From an uncultured Chloroflexia bacterium (lineage in GTDB: Bacteria; Chloroflexota; Chloroflexia; QHBQ01; JADMIH01), in assembly GCA_963811305.1 (NCBI GenBank), contig CAWEQU010000005.1, positions 11,314 through 75,313 on the forward strand: a stretch of 64,000 bases of DNA. Direction: 5' to 3'. Both the position numbers and the translations under genes were made by a program. The notes below the pieces were generated by a model that had not been told where the DNA came from, did no database searches, and saw only the letters and a program-made list of their open reading frames with translations. Below, piece by piece: positions 26,291 through 38,500 of this stretch; the stretch's first letter is position 1; every line of letters starts with the position of its first letter.

Positions 26291-27688
26291 TTACTGCCGC
26301 CTGCGCGATATGCTTTCCTCGGTCGTTTCTTCCGTCACGACCTCGTAAAGAACAGCTTCGGTGGCTTTGGGTCGCAATACCCGGCCCAGGCGCTGGATGA
26401 ACTCGCGCTTGGTGGCGCTGCCGCTCAGGATGATGGCGACGTTGGCATCCGGCAGGTCAACGCCCTCGTTCAGGACGCGGCCCGTCGCCAGCTTGCTGAA
26501 GCGACCTGAGCGGAAACCATCGAGGATGGCCTTGCGCTCAGCAGCAGGGGTCTTGTGTGTGACAGTCGGTAGACAAAAGCGGCTCCCTATCTTCTCCGCC
26601 AGGGCGTTGTACTCGGAGAAGACCAGCACGCGATCATCCTTATGGCGTGCCAGTAGCTCCGCTACTACCTCCATCTTGCCTGAAGCACTGAGAGCGAGCC
26701 TGCGAGCTGCCTGGTGAGCCAGGAGCGCCTCGCGGGCGGCGGGATCGTTGCCGCTCCGCCAGATGAGGAAGCGTTCGTAGTCATTGCCCGACTTCATGCT
26801 GATACGGTTCCTGCGAAGATAGGCGCGATACACCTCGGCGGCGCGGTCATATGAAGCACGCTCATCCGCCGTAAGCTCGACGCTGATACGCTCTGTGCGG
26901 TAGTCAGCTATGAACTGAGCTTCGCGTAGCTGGGCGGGCAGCCGTTCGTACACCACCGGACCTACCAGATAATCCAAATCGGAATGGCGCAAATCGCTCC
27001 GGTCGGGAGTGGCGCTCAGGCCGAGGCGAGCGGTGGCGATAGCCCCTTCCGCGATAGTGCGATACGTGTCGGCTGGGAGGTGATGCACCTCGTCAAAGAC
27101 CAGCAGGCCGAAGTGGGAGAGTATCCTGCTGTGTATGGCAGCGGAGTCGTAAGTTATCACCGTCACGGGCTTCAGATCTTTCTCACCACCGCCCCAGCTA
27201 CCTACATCCCCCTCGTCCAGGTTCGTATTCCCCAGGAGGGAAGCGCGCCACTGCCCCAGGAGGTCAAGCGTGGGCACGCAGATCAGTGTGTGCGTGTTGG
27301 AGGCAGCTATAGCCATAAGAGCGACCAGCGTCTTGCCCGCGCCCGTAGGCAGCACCACTACCCCTCGGCAGTCCGCGTCCCACCAAGCCCCTAGCGCCTC
27401 AGCCTGGTAAGGACGAGGTTGTAGCTTCACCTCTACCGGGTATGGCAGAGGTGGGCGCGCATCAAACCCCTCTTTGATAATGTAGAGGTGTGCAAGGGTA
27501 TTATGGATGGCCGGATAGTCTAGCGGGAGGACGCGCAGGCACTTGCGGCGATTGTCGTGGACTACGCGGCCTCGCCAACTGTTCGCGCCCAATTGACTAT
27601 GTAGCTCTTGAGTAGTAACACCCTCAGGGGGGAGGAGGAGCAGGTCGCTGCCTGCCAGGACGAGCGTGACCGTGGGCTTACTTTTCAC
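26291..27688 (-). CDS. XPB/ERCC3/Rad25-like superfamily-2 DNA helicase
   Basis: Walker A LPTGAGKT, motif II DEVHH, motif III LGLSATP, motif VI QRLGRVLR. The N-terminal ~90 aa resemble a damage-recognition-like domain. 465 aa. Confidence 0.85.
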   Translation of the reverse strand: MKSKPTVTLVLAGSDLLLLPPEGVTTQELHSQLGANSWRGRVVHDNRRKCLRVLPLDYPAIHNTLAHLYIIKEGFDARPPLPYPVEVKLQPRPYQAEALGAWWDADCRGVVVLPTGAGKTLVALMAIAASNTHTLICVPTLDLLGQWRASLLGNTNLDEGDVGSWGGGEKDLKPVTVITYDSAAIHSRILSHFGLLVFDEVHHLPADTYRTIAEGAIATARLGLSATPDRSDLRHSDLDYLVGPVVYERLPAQLREAQFIADYRTERISVELTADERASYDRAAEVYRAYLRRNRISMKSGNDYERFLIWRSGNDPAAREALLAHQAARRLALSASGKMEVVAELLARHKDDRVLVFSEYNALAEKIGSRFCLPTVTHKTPAAERKAILDGFRSGRFSKLATGRVLNEGVDLPDANVAIILSGSATKREFIQRLGRVLRPKATEAVLYEVVTEETTEESISRRRQ

Positions 27689-28955
27689 CGCGCTGCTTTT
27701 CTAGCTTCATCACCACCCGCTTCAACCGATGCTCAAGCTCGGAGCGCTCGACTACGTTGCTCGCCCGCTCCATCGCCATGAGGGTGTATTGGTGGGCTGC
27801 GGAGTACTCTTTGGCGCGGTGCTCGTAATGCTTGGCAAGCTCTAGGTATGGGAACATCAGGTGGGTGCCCTCGTTCGCCAGCTTCACCCAGATCGCCACC
27901 GCCTCGTCGCGCTGTTGCAGGTATTTGTAGAGGAAGCTCATCTGCCGGAGAGCCGCCGCCCGCAACTCAGGCGAGGGATCGAGCAGCAGGCCACGCTCAT
28001 ACGCCCGGAGGCTTTCGGGGTACTTACCTAAATCAGCGTACAGCTTGCCCAGCCCGAACAGCTCGGCGGCGTGGAGGTCCACCTCGTCAGGCTCGTCAAG
28101 GATGCGGCTCACGTGTCCGGTGAGGGCCACCAGCGAGAGAAGGTCGTGCTCGTTGTGGTCGAACACGGGAAGGACGTGGCCGATGTGGCCGACGCGTAGG
28201 TACTGGAAATAGAGTGAGGGGATGCGCCACCCCGGCACGTCGAACCCACGGCGAACGCCCAATATATGCGTCTCCAGCGTCTCTAGCGAACACGATTCGA
28301 GCCGGTCCTTCCAGAGGCGGCGAGAGGGGCCAAGCATGTCGAGGTGGGGCGGGTCCTTGAGCACGCAACGCAGACGGCTTGTTATGAAACGCGTCTCCAG
28401 CAGGGGCCAGTCGAAGCTCTTGCCGTTGAAAGTGACCACGGCGGCAAATTGCGAAAAGAGGTCATTGAGGGCGTGAAGCAAACAGCGCTCTGCCGATACA
28501 TCCGACAGGAAGTACTGCCTCACCACCACCTCATCCCCCGCCTCCGAGAAGAAGGCCACACCTACCAGGAAGACGTAAGTGCCCGTACCGCCGGAGAGGC
28601 CGGTGGTCTCGGTATCGAGGAAGAGGAGCCTGCGCGCGTCCAGGTCGTGCAGGGCGGAGGCGCGCCCGGCGTCCCAGAGCACCCTGGGGCGCGTGTGTAG
28701 CACCGAGCCGAGAGCTACCGGCCCGCGCGTCACGCTCACCGGATAGCGCCGCTCCACGGCGAAGCATGGCCCGTCAGGGGTATCGTGCCACGCGCCTGGG
28801 AGGGCCTGGTCAAGGCTCACCCGCTTGCGAGAGATAGCCGCGGGGCGTATCGCTTCAATCCCGGCTGGAGGCGAGGGCTGCGAACCAAGCGGAGGAGTAC
28901 CCCCCGATACCCGCGGGCGCACGCCCATTGCTTTCAGGCGATCACGTAAGTCCAT
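27678..28955 (-). CDS. RNase-H-fold (DnaQ/PolB-exo-like) exonuclease with C-terminal TPR repeats, YprB/MrfB-like
   Basis: ExoI LFLDTETTGL, ExoII VTFNGKSFDWPLL, ExoIII HNEHDLLSL. TPR-like helices follow (GKLYADLGKYPESLRAYERGLLLDP, AKHYEHRAKEYSAAHQY). 11-nt overlap with the helicase gene. Confidence 0.75.
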   Translation of the reverse strand: MDLRDRLKAMGVRPRVSGGTPPLGSQPSPPAGIEAIRPAAISRKRVSLDQALPGAWHDTPDGPCFAVERRYPVSVTRGPVALGSVLHTRPRVLWDAGRASALHDLDARRLLFLDTETTGLSGGTGTYVFLVGVAFFSEAGDEVVVRQYFLSDVSAERCLLHALNDLFSQFAAVVTFNGKSFDWPLLETRFITSRLRCVLKDPPHLDMLGPSRRLWKDRLESCSLETLETHILGVRRGFDVPGWRIPSLYFQYLRVGHIGHVLPVFDHNEHDLLSLVALTGHVSRILDEPDEVDLHAAELFGLGKLYADLGKYPESLRAYERGLLLDPSPELRAAALRQMSFLYKYLQQRDEAVAIWVKLANEGTHLMFPYLELAKHYEHRAKEYSAAHQYTLMAMERASNVVERSELEHRLKRVVMKLEKQRGEK

Positions 28956-29038
28956 TGCGGGAATTATAGCACAAATGAACTGATAGAAGCGAATATTTCC
29001 ACGTACTCACCCAAACCTATCACCTTCCTTTTTCTTCC

Positions 29039-29240
29039 AAACATGAGACATCTCGAACTATAGAGTACGGAACCGCCAAGACGCCAAGAACGCCAAGAAA
29101 CCGCCAAGGTAAAAGAGGGATTATGGGCAGTGAGAGCACTACTTCCTCTAATATCTTGGCGCTCTTGGCGGATTCTTGGCGTCTTGGCGGTTCCGTCTAT
29201 TCTAATGACGCTTGCTCAAAATTCGGGATGACTTATGTTT
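29039..29240. mobile_element. MITE-like element, copy E2 (same subfamily as E1, opposite orientation)
   Basis: Ends aaacatgagacatctcgaactatagagtacggaaccgccaagacgccaaga.. and ..tcttggcggttccgtctattctaatgacgcttgctcaaaattcgggatgacttatgttt. Both ends align with the E1 ends, while the central ~60 nt differ. Confidence 0.55.
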
Positions 29241-29346
29241 AGAAGAAAAATCATATTGCCGCTTTGCTTTTGCTCTCTTAAGTTTGGTACTATGGGAAAA
29301 GGCTCACCATTTGGGAAAGCTTGACTGAAGGAAGGAAGCAGATTCG

Positions 29347-32300
29347 ATGAAGATACGCAATGTGATTTTGACTTCGCTTGGTCTCGTCTTGCTCATTGCC
29401 CTGGCGTATAGCGCCACGCAACGTCAAGGCATAGCCACCGCCGCAAGCCCTCAGCAGGGGAGTGATTGGAAGCGGTGGCAGCTCACAGGCAGCGGGCTGA
29501 ACGGTGTTGACGCCATTGGTCCGAACGACGCATGGACGGTGGGCAGCGACGGCACATTAGCGCACTGGGACGGCGCGAGCTGGACCGCTTATGACAATAC
29601 CAAGCTGGGGACGATGGTCTTCAACTCTGTCGATATGGCCGCAAGCAACATGGCCTGGTCCGTCGCGAGTGGGGGCAAGATATTCCGCTACAACGGTACA
29701 AGCTGGGTCGAGGAGACCAGCAACAATGGCAGCACCACCCTGTACGACGTAAGCATGGCCTCCGCGACGGACGGTTGGGCGGTAGGTTCTAATGCCAGGT
29801 TTGCCCACTATAACGGCACCGACTGGCAGGTCGTCGCCCCAGGCGGCGTGCTGACCACGACGATGTACGGGGTAGACATGCTCAACTCTAGTCTCGGCTG
29901 GGCCGTCGGCGGCGCGTCCGACGCGAGCGGTATCCTGGGCAAGATCGCACGCTGGGATGGCACCTCCTGGCAAGTAGTCTACACCGGCAACCGTATCCTC
30001 TACGCGATAGATATGCTTGACAGCAACAATGGTTGGGCAACCGGGCAGGGAGGCACGCTGCTACATTGGGACGGGACCAATTGGAACCTGACATCTTCCC
30101 CTTCAGGCGCTGTAACGGTGGATGGCGTATCGGCCATCACCCCCACCGATGCATGGGCGGTCGGTGCGACGAACGGCTGGACCAACAACGTCTGGCACTG
30201 GGACGGCACGAGTTGGACACCAGTCTCTACACCGAACGGCGCGCCCCTGAACGATATAGTGATGCTCAGCGCGAGCGACGGCTGGATAGTTGGCGACAGG
30301 GGCACTATCTACAGGTACAACGGATCGGCATGGGTAATTTCGAATACGCACTTCACCACCAACGGCTTCTACGGCCTCGATTTCCTGACACCTAACGATG
30401 GGTGGGCAGTCGGCGTGCTAAATGCTACCACACCGCCCGCCTATGGGTTACAGCACTGGAACGGCAGCGATTGGGAGATATACCAGCCACCGTTCTTCCA
30501 GCCGACGATGTATGACGTCGGCATGGTTGCGACCGACGCAGTATGGGCTGTGGGCACATCGGGTTACGTCTTCAAGTGGAACGGCTCGAGCCTGGACACG
30601 CGATAACAGCCCCACAGACGCGCACCTCTACGCCATGTCCATGATCTCAGCTACCAACGGTTGGGCGGTCGGCAGCAGCGGGCGCATCGTGCACTACGAC
30701 GGCACAGCCTGGACTAACTACACCAGCAACACCACGACCAACCTGTGGTCCATCGATATGGCAAACGAGAACGAGGGGTGGGCCGGCGGCACTCTGGGTC
30801 TCATGCTTCATTACCAGAACGGCACCTGGACCCCCCTCTCGCCCAACCCCGCGAGCTTCACGATAGAGGGGATACATATGCTCAACGCCAACGAAGGGTG
30901 GGCGGTGGGCTACAGCGGCACCATCCTCCACTACTTCAACGGCACCTGGACACCCCAGACCAGCCCTACAAGCCAGAATCTGCTGAATGTTCACATGGTC
31001 AACTCGAACGAGGGGTGGGCCGTGGGAGCCGCGCCTTCGGGCGGAATGGGCACGCTTCTCCATTACCAGAACGGCACCTGGAGCCTCGTGCCAAATCCAA
31101 CCGGCAAGACCCTGCGCGACATCTACGTATTCGGTACGGGCGAGGGTTGGACAGTCAGCGAAGCGCCCGGCGCGAAGCTGTACCTTAGCACAGGTAATAT
31201 AACCCCCACACCTGGCCAGACCGCCACATCGACAAGCGTCCCGCCGACAAGCACAGCTACAAGAACGGCTACTTCGACTTCCCTCGCTTCTACCGCGACG
31301 AGGACTAATACGGTCTTGCCACCTGCCACCGGAACGGCAGTAACACCCAGTGCAACTCCCGCATGTGCTACAGGCTGGAGCGTGGTATCCAGTCCCAACG
31401 TTGGGACGCTCTCCAATGCCTTCGATGGAGTATCCGCAGTCAATGCGAGCGACGTGTGGGCGGTAGGATATAGCTACGATAATAGCAGCGGGGAACTTGC
31501 CCTCGTCCAGCGGTGGAACGGCAGCTCATGGAGCGTGGTCCCTGCCCCTCAGCCTGGGCAAAGCAGCAGGCTCAAGGCTGTGAGTGCTATCTCCGCCAAC
31601 GACGTATGGGCTGTCGGTTACTATGTAGGGGGCTCGACGCAAACCCTCATCGAGCACTGGAATGGCACGCAGTGGGATGTGATACCCAGCCTCAACACGG
31701 GGGCCTGCGCCAGCTACCTGCAAGCCGTCGCCGCCATAGCACCGAACGACGTGTGGGCGGTGGGATATTATCTCTTATGCGATAGCACGCCGCAGACGCT
31801 GACGATGCACTGGAATGGCAGCCAGTGGACTATGGTTAATAGCCCTAACATCGGCAGCCTGACCAATCGCCTTAATGGAGTAGCGGCTATTTCGTCAGGC
31901 GACGTGTGGGCGGTGGGCGAGTACGTCGTTGGGGCAGACGGCGTCGTGCCTATGGCCCTCCACTGGAATGGCGCGAGCTGGACCAGTATCTCTATGCCCC
32001 AACCAACAGGATTTGCTAACAACCTCTTTGCGGTGAGCGCAGTGTCGGCGAGCGACGTATGGGCGGTAGGCTATTCTTACAACGATCAAGGGTCCACCAG
32101 GACGCTTATAGAGCGTTGGAACGGCACAGCGTGGAGCATTGTTACCAGCCCCAACCCTGGGTTGAGCCGCCTGCGCGGCGTCTCTGCTCTCACCGCTAAT
32201 GACGTCTGGGCGGTAGGCGACTCTAACAATCAACCTCTGACGGTGCATTGGGATGGTGCGCAATGGAGCGTCGTGCCCAGCCCGAGCGTCGGCCCAAGCT

Positions 32301-33148
32301 ACCTCACTGCGGTAGACATGGTATCGGCTAATGACGTATGGGCTGTCGGGAACTATTACATCGGAGGTAGTATCTCGCAAACACTCGTGGAGCGCTATAG
32401 CGGTTCGTGCTCCACCCCCACCGCCACAGCTACGCCGACGGCAACAAACATCTCCACGGCTACAGCTACCAACACAGTAACGCAGACTGCGTTGGCTACG
32501 ACCACCCCAACTGCGTGCGCTCTCACCTTCATAGACGTGCCTGCCGACAGCACCTTCTACACCTGGATCAGATGCTTAGCGTGCAGAAGTATCATCTCCG
32601 GCTACACAGATGGTACGTTCCGCCCAGGCAACGACATCACTCGTGGGCAGATAGCCAAGATGGTCTCGAATTCAGCGGGCTTTTCCGAGGACCCCGGCCC
32701 ACAGATATACGAGGATGTGCCTGTAGGTAGCCCATTCTACGACTGGATAAACAGGTTATCCATGAGAGGACACATGGGAGGCTACCTGTGTGGCCTCGTA
32801 CCGGAGGAGCCATGCATCTTCCCTGACAACCGACCGTACTTCCGACCCAACGCCAGTGCCACTCGTGGACAGCTAGCCAAGATTGTATCGAACGCGGCAG
32901 GACTGGTAGGAGACCCCATCGGCTTGTTCTACACAGACGTACCCAATGACCACCCATTCTACGTATGGATAATGCGTCTTACCAGCCTCGGAGTGATGAG
33001 CGGATACCCGTGCGGCGGCGAGAACGAGCCATGTGACGATGCGAACCGTCCATACTTCCGACCATTCGCCAACGTGACGAGAGGACAGGCATCCAAGATT
33101 GTGGCTAATACCTTCTTCCCTGGCTGCGAAACACCCACACATCGATGA
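29347..33148 (+). pseudogene. Giant surface protein (~1,267 aa): beta-propeller-type repeats + Thr/Pro linkers + 3 C-terminal SLH domains. One frameshift at ~30591 (or sequencing error)
   Basis: ORF 29347..30606 ends ..FKWNGSSLDTR*. Removing one C gives FKWNGSSW-TRDNSPTDAHLYAMSMISATNGWAVG, which continues the repeat pattern (W.VG..G.i.HW.G..W) into ORF 30422..33148. SLH units follow: FIDVPADSTFYTWI.., YEDVPVGSPFYDWI.., YTDVPNDHPFYVWI... Confidence 0.75.
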
Positions 33149-33173
33149 TACCTGGAGCGCGACAAACGATCTA

Positions 33174-33217
33174 AAAGAGAGGGGAGTCATCAGGTCTGAT
33201 TGACTCCCCTCTCTTTT
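33174..33217 (+). terminator. Rho-independent terminator candidate
   Basis: 17-bp stem aaaagagaggggagtca / tgactcccctctctttt with a 10-nt loop. The 3' arm ends in a T-run. It lies 26 nt after the stop. Confidence 0.65.
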
Positions 33218-33480
33218 AGAGATCTACCTATTGGCGTGTCTGGAAGTCCGACAAGCTTAGTTTCGGAGGCTCAGCCACGGGTATGGTGCTCACCCACACT
33301 TGGAGCACGGTATGACATACTGCATAATCACCGTATACTCTAAATATGGTAAGTAGTATAGGGGTGTTACAATATTTAGGGAAGCAGAAAGCACAAACGA
33401 CAATAACGAGTTGACGGTGTATCGCTCAACCGCGTGACAGATGAGATATCAAGCTACGAGACGCCAACTTCTAAGAAGAC

Positions 33481-35394
33481 ATGAGCTACAGAGAAGATAA
33501 GCATATATTCGTGACCCTGACCATCACCGGCCTGGCACTTGCTTTGGCAACATGGTCATGGCTTGGAGACCGGGCAGTTCCTGTTATAGCGATTGGAAGC
33601 ACACCTACACCTGTAGCCATCTGCGAGCCTATCTGGAGCGTAGTAGAGAGCCCCAACCCGGGAACCTCTAATGACCTTGCCGGGGTAGATGCCAGAGCAG
33701 CCAATGACGTTTGGGCTGTGGGGGGTTATAGCGATGGAAATCGAACCTGGACATTAGTGGAGCATTGGGATGGTTACCAATGGAGTGTAGTTTTCAGCCC
33801 CGCTCCCACCTCTTCCATCCACGTTGCCCTGTCTGGAGTAGCCGCGCTCGCACCTGATGATGTGTGGGCTGTAGGTCAGTACGATCCAGGCAGCTCAGGT
33901 AGCGGGTATCACACACTTGCGGAGCATTGGGACGGTTACCAATGGAGCATTGTGGCTACCCCTGATCTTGGTCCGGGGAGCGCGGCCCTGTTAGATATAG
34001 ATGGCGTCTCCATCGACGACGTATGGGCCGTTGGACACGATAACAACGGCAGGCTATTGGCCGAGCATTGGGACGGCGACCAGTGGAGTAGAATGCCCAC
34101 CCCCGATCCTGGCGTATATCAGGCAGTCAACGAACTCAGGAGCGTAGAGGCAATTTCCTCTAACGACGTATGGGCGGTGGGTTACTACCTCACTGCTGCC
34201 GGTGCTTGGCTACCGATAGCCCTGCATTGGGACGGTCTTCAATGGACCCAGGTGTCCGTTCCCATCTCTGGAGGCGACACCAACTTGCTTTATGGAGTAT
34301 CGGCTGTCTCTTCTACAGACGTATGGGCAGTGGGACACTTCTCCGATCCATCAACTGGCACCTACACGCTGACCCTGCATTGGGACGGTACTAAGTGGAG
34401 CATTACGCCCAGCCCCAATCTCAGTCCCAACGGAAATTTTCTCTTTAGTGTAGAGGCGGTTTCTGCTAACGATGTGTGGGCCGTGGGGCAATATACGGTG
34501 CCTAACCCGCCTGGGCCAACGCTTGTAATGCACTGGGACGGCATAGAGTGGGGTGCCGTATCCAACCCCAATCCCGGCACGATACATAATATCTTCTGGG
34601 GGGTATCGGCGGTCTCAACTCATGATGTGTGGGCGGTGGGCAATCAATGGGATGGCTCAGGCTCACCCTTCAGCACACTCATAGAGCACTACGCCGATCC
34701 ATGCGTAACTCCAACCCCATCAAGCACCCCAACTTCTACAGTTACCGCTACACCCACAATTTGTACCATCACCTTCTCTGATGTTGACGAAACTAACCCT
34801 TTCTCTACATGGATAAGGTGTCTGGCATGTAGGAACATAATTTCCGGCTACAGTGATGGTACGTTCCGTCCAGGCAATGACATAACAAGGGGGCAGATAG
34901 CCAAAATAGTCTCTAACTCTGCTGGCTTCTCTGAAGACGCAGGTCCACAGATATACGAGGATGTGCCTGTGAGCAGTCCATTCTATGACTGGATCAATCG
35001 CCTCTCAATGAGAGGACACATGGGAGGATACCTCTGTGGATTAGTGCCTGAAGAACCTTGCATCTCTCCAGACAACCGCCCATATTTCCGACCTAATGCC
35101 AGCGCTACTAGAGGACAGCTAGCCAAGATAGTCTCCAATGCAGCAGGACTGGGAGGAGACCCCACAGGTCTGTTCTACACGGACGTGCCGGAAGAGCACC
35201 CGTTCTATGTATGGATAATGCGCCTTACCCAACTGGGTGCGATGTCAGGCTACCCATGCGGAGGGGAGGGAGAACCTTGTGACGACGCTAACCGCCCTTA
35301 CTTCAGACCGTTCGCCAATGTGACTAGAGGACAGGCATCCAAGATAGTTGCTAATACTTTCTTCCCCAACTGTCAGACGCCCCAACGTCCATAG
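33481..35394 (+). CDS. Surface protein: N-terminal anchor, ~8 NDVWAVG..HWDG.QWS propeller-type repeats, 3 SLH domains
   Basis: 637 aa. TM-like segment FVTLTITGLALALATWSWL. The repeats are as in the second half of the 29347 gene. The C-terminal ~215 aa are near-identical to the other two SLH proteins. Confidence 0.8.
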   Translation: MSYREDKHIFVTLTITGLALALATWSWLGDRAVPVIAIGSTPTPVAICEPIWSVVESPNPGTSNDLAGVDARAANDVWAVGGYSDGNRTWTLVEHWDGYQWSVVFSPAPTSSIHVALSGVAALAPDDVWAVGQYDPGSSGSGYHTLAEHWDGYQWSIVATPDLGPGSAALLDIDGVSIDDVWAVGHDNNGRLLAEHWDGDQWSRMPTPDPGVYQAVNELRSVEAISSNDVWAVGYYLTAAGAWLPIALHWDGLQWTQVSVPISGGDTNLLYGVSAVSSTDVWAVGHFSDPSTGTYTLTLHWDGTKWSITPSPNLSPNGNFLFSVEAVSANDVWAVGQYTVPNPPGPTLVMHWDGIEWGAVSNPNPGTIHNIFWGVSAVSTHDVWAVGNQWDGSGSPFSTLIEHYADPCVTPTPSSTPTSTVTATPTICTITFSDVDETNPFSTWIRCLACRNIISGYSDGTFRPGNDITRGQIAKIVSNSAGFSEDAGPQIYEDVPVSSPFYDWINRLSMRGHMGGYLCGLVPEEPCISPDNRPYFRPNASATRGQLAKIVSNAAGLGGDPTGLFYTDVPEEHPFYVWIMRLTQLGAMSGYPCGGEGEPCDDANRPYFRPFANVTRGQASKIVANTFFPNCQTPQRP

Positions 35395-35410
35395 GCCGGA
35401 CGCGAGACCA

Positions 35411-35447
35411 AAATCCCTCGACCCTCACACGGTCGAGGGATTTGCTT
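35411..35447 (+). terminator. Rho-independent terminator candidate
   Basis: aaatccctcgacc / ctcacac / ggtcgagggattt followed by gctt, 17 nt after the stop. Confidence 0.65.
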
Positions 35448-35537
35448 ATGCAGGAATAGGGCAGGCAAATACAGTGGTCTATATCTTGCATTCTACGAAT
35501 GGTCACACGTGTGGGCAGCTACCAGGAGGGAAGAATC

Positions 35538-38500
35538 ATGCCAGGTTCGAAGAATAAATCTAGCCGCTCCAGATTAATATTGAGCGCAATCCTGCTCTTG
35601 CTTGTCGCTACAGTAGCAGGGCTGGTGTCGCGGCTGAATACGGCTCCTACTGCCTTCGGGCAGGGTAGCTCGATCATCCCTATAACCGACAAGCGAGGTC
35701 CCAACTACCCTCCCGGACCGCCACGCGATCCAGGCGGCCTCGTCTTCAATGTAAGCACAGTGGTCGACGCGCAACGTCAGGTAGGCGAGCCGGACGTCGT
35801 GGTTTCACCCATCTTCACACCCGGCAACCCAACCTCGGCAGATATTTACGCCAGCGGCCCCTGGGGTGCTTCCACAGAGCAATCGTATGCCTGGAAGTCC
35901 ACCGATAACGGTGACACCTACCACGCCATCGGCAGGATACGGCCCGACATAGGTCCAGGTGGGGGTGATACCTCCACCGAGGTAGACGACCAGAATTTCC
36001 TCTTCATGACCGACCTCGAAGCGCTGACCCAGGTTGCCTCCGCCCGTAGCACCGATGGGGGAGACACCTTCACCCGCAACTCAGCCGTCTCAGACTTCGT
36101 GGGCATAGACCGCCAGTGGATGGCGTTAGACAACGGTCTATCCCCCCTCCCTACCGACAACACCGAGTTCCTCACCTACAGGCAGGCAGCCGCAGGCTCC
36201 TTTATGAAGTCTGCACTGACCACAGATCCAACTCAGACTTTTATAAACGCTCAGGCGAATTTCCCTGCGGCCATGAATTCAGGCGCACCCTGTGGCGACC
36301 TTATATTCGACCCGCACGACCGCTACCTCTATCTCCCCTGCGGTAGCGGGCAGCAAGTTGAAGTCGCAAGGGCGCACGTTGACCCCGGCCAGCGCACAGG
36401 GCTGGTCTTTACCAGCACCCTCACCCCGGCAGGCGTGGGCGACGTCTCCAACCTCTTCCCGGTGCTTGCCACCGATACCGCAGGCAACGTTTACGTCACA
36501 TACGTGGACGACGCCGATTTCAACGTCTACCTCACATATTCAACAAACCATGGGCAGACGTGGAGCAACAGGCTGCGCGTCAACGGCGACCAGGCAAATA
36601 CCGCCCTCTTCCCCTGGGTTACAGCCGGGAGCGATGGCCGGGTAGCTATCGCCTACCTGGCTACCGACCGGATAGGGGACCCCAACAGCTTCCCCAGCTT
36701 CTTCAACGATAGGGCGGGCGCGAGCACGGTGAAGTGGCATCTCTACATGAACTACGTGATGGGGGCCAATACTTCTAACCCCACCGTCTACCAGGTGCAA
36801 GCCAGCGACCACCCGACACACTACGGCCAGGTCTGCACGGCGGGCACCCTTTGTGTAGCCACCGGGGGCGACCGCACGATGGCCGACTTCCTCACTATAC
36901 AAAAAGACAACACTGGCGCGGCCCGCATCATTTACAACGACACTACGAACCAGCATCACGGCGCGTCGGTCTTCGAGGTGCGGCAGATAGGGGGGCCATC
37001 TCTCTATGGCACCACCCTGAGCGGCACGCGCCCCACCAATCCCGTTACGGACCCCGCGAACGACGCGCACTACCCACATTTCTGCATTACCGTGCCGGGT
37101 TGCCCCAAGCCTAACTATGACGCCCTGGATATCGAGGGGGTGGGCATTATCGAGGATTTCGCCAATATCACGGTCACGATGACCATCTCCGACCTGAACG
37201 CCACGCGCATCCTTCCAGGAGCATCTTCGGTGATATGGCTGACGCGCTGGCAGGCGTTGGCTCAGGGTGACGGCAATCCTCCCGACGAGGCTTACCGCAT
37301 ATTCTATGCAGGAGCCAAGTCTACAGGAGGAGGCGCGCCCACATTCTTCTACGGGACCACCACCGCAGACGATACTTCAGCAGTCGGCTGCACGCCCAAC
37401 AGTTTCCCGCAGAATTGCAAGCTCCTCTTTTATCCCCAACCCGTGGGCGGTAACACCACCGGCACATTCGACCCGGCCACCGGTGTGATAAAGATCACGG
37501 TGCCGCGCAACGCATTCCAGGGCCTCACGAACGGCTCTACTCTTTACTCGGTGACGGGCCTCACCCTGGGCACACGCGATACCGCCACCGACTTCTACGA
37601 CGACGTGGACGCAGCGAAGGCATTCAATATCACTCTCGCGAGTGGTCCAAGCCCCACACCCACCAGCAGCCCAACCATCACGACCACTCCCACCCACACC
37701 GCGACTGCCGTGCCCACACCTTGCTCCCCCTCTACCCTCCTCTCCGAAGGATTTGAGAGCGGCACGTACGGCGTATTTACCGCAACTACCACACTCGGCA
37801 CACTGCCCTGGGTCATCACTAACACCCTCTCCAGCTCAGGTACGTATTCAGCCCACGTCGACAACCCAAATGAAACTTCCGACCAGATGATGGAGATGGT
37901 GTCTACCGTCACCGTACCCGCGGGGGCAACGCAAGCGCAGCTACGCTTCAAGCACACGTTCAGCTTCGAAAGCCCCGACTTTGACGGCGGCGTGCTGGAG
38001 TACACGACCAATGGCACCCTATGGCTGAACGCCGATGCGCTCATCATAGAGGGCGGGTACAACGGCACCATTACGGGCGCGCCTTCGTTGGCCGGGCAAC
38101 CTGGCTGGGTCAACCAGAGCGCAGGTTACCCTGCCTTCAGACAGGTTACGGTGGACCTCATGTCGCTGCTAGGGCAGAATGTAAGGTTCCGATTCAGAGA
38201 GGCGAGCGACGTAAACGGCCCTGCGCCAGGCTGGTGGGTAGACGACGTATCCATCCTTGTCAGCCAGGGCGCGTGCCCGACAACAACTGCGGTTAGCGCC
38301 AGCCCGACCCCGGCAAATACAGCTACCAGGGTGCCCACGGTGACGCTCCCCACGCAGACCCCAGGTGGGCCTACCGCCACTCCAGAGCCACCCTCACCGA
38401 CGGCTACCGTCTGCCCGCTCACATTCTCCGACGTACAACCTGACAACATCTTCTACCCCTTCATACGCTGCCTGGCGTGCCGGGGCATCATGAGTGGATA

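Noticed and set aside
30422-30600. ORF-track start of the 908-aa SLH protein (MLPHRPPMGYSTG..)
   Set aside because: The first ~60 codons overlap the end of ORF 29347..30606 out of frame and lack the repeat pattern. The repeat periodicity is restored by a 1-nt frame correction at ~30591, so I treat the two ORFs as one gene.
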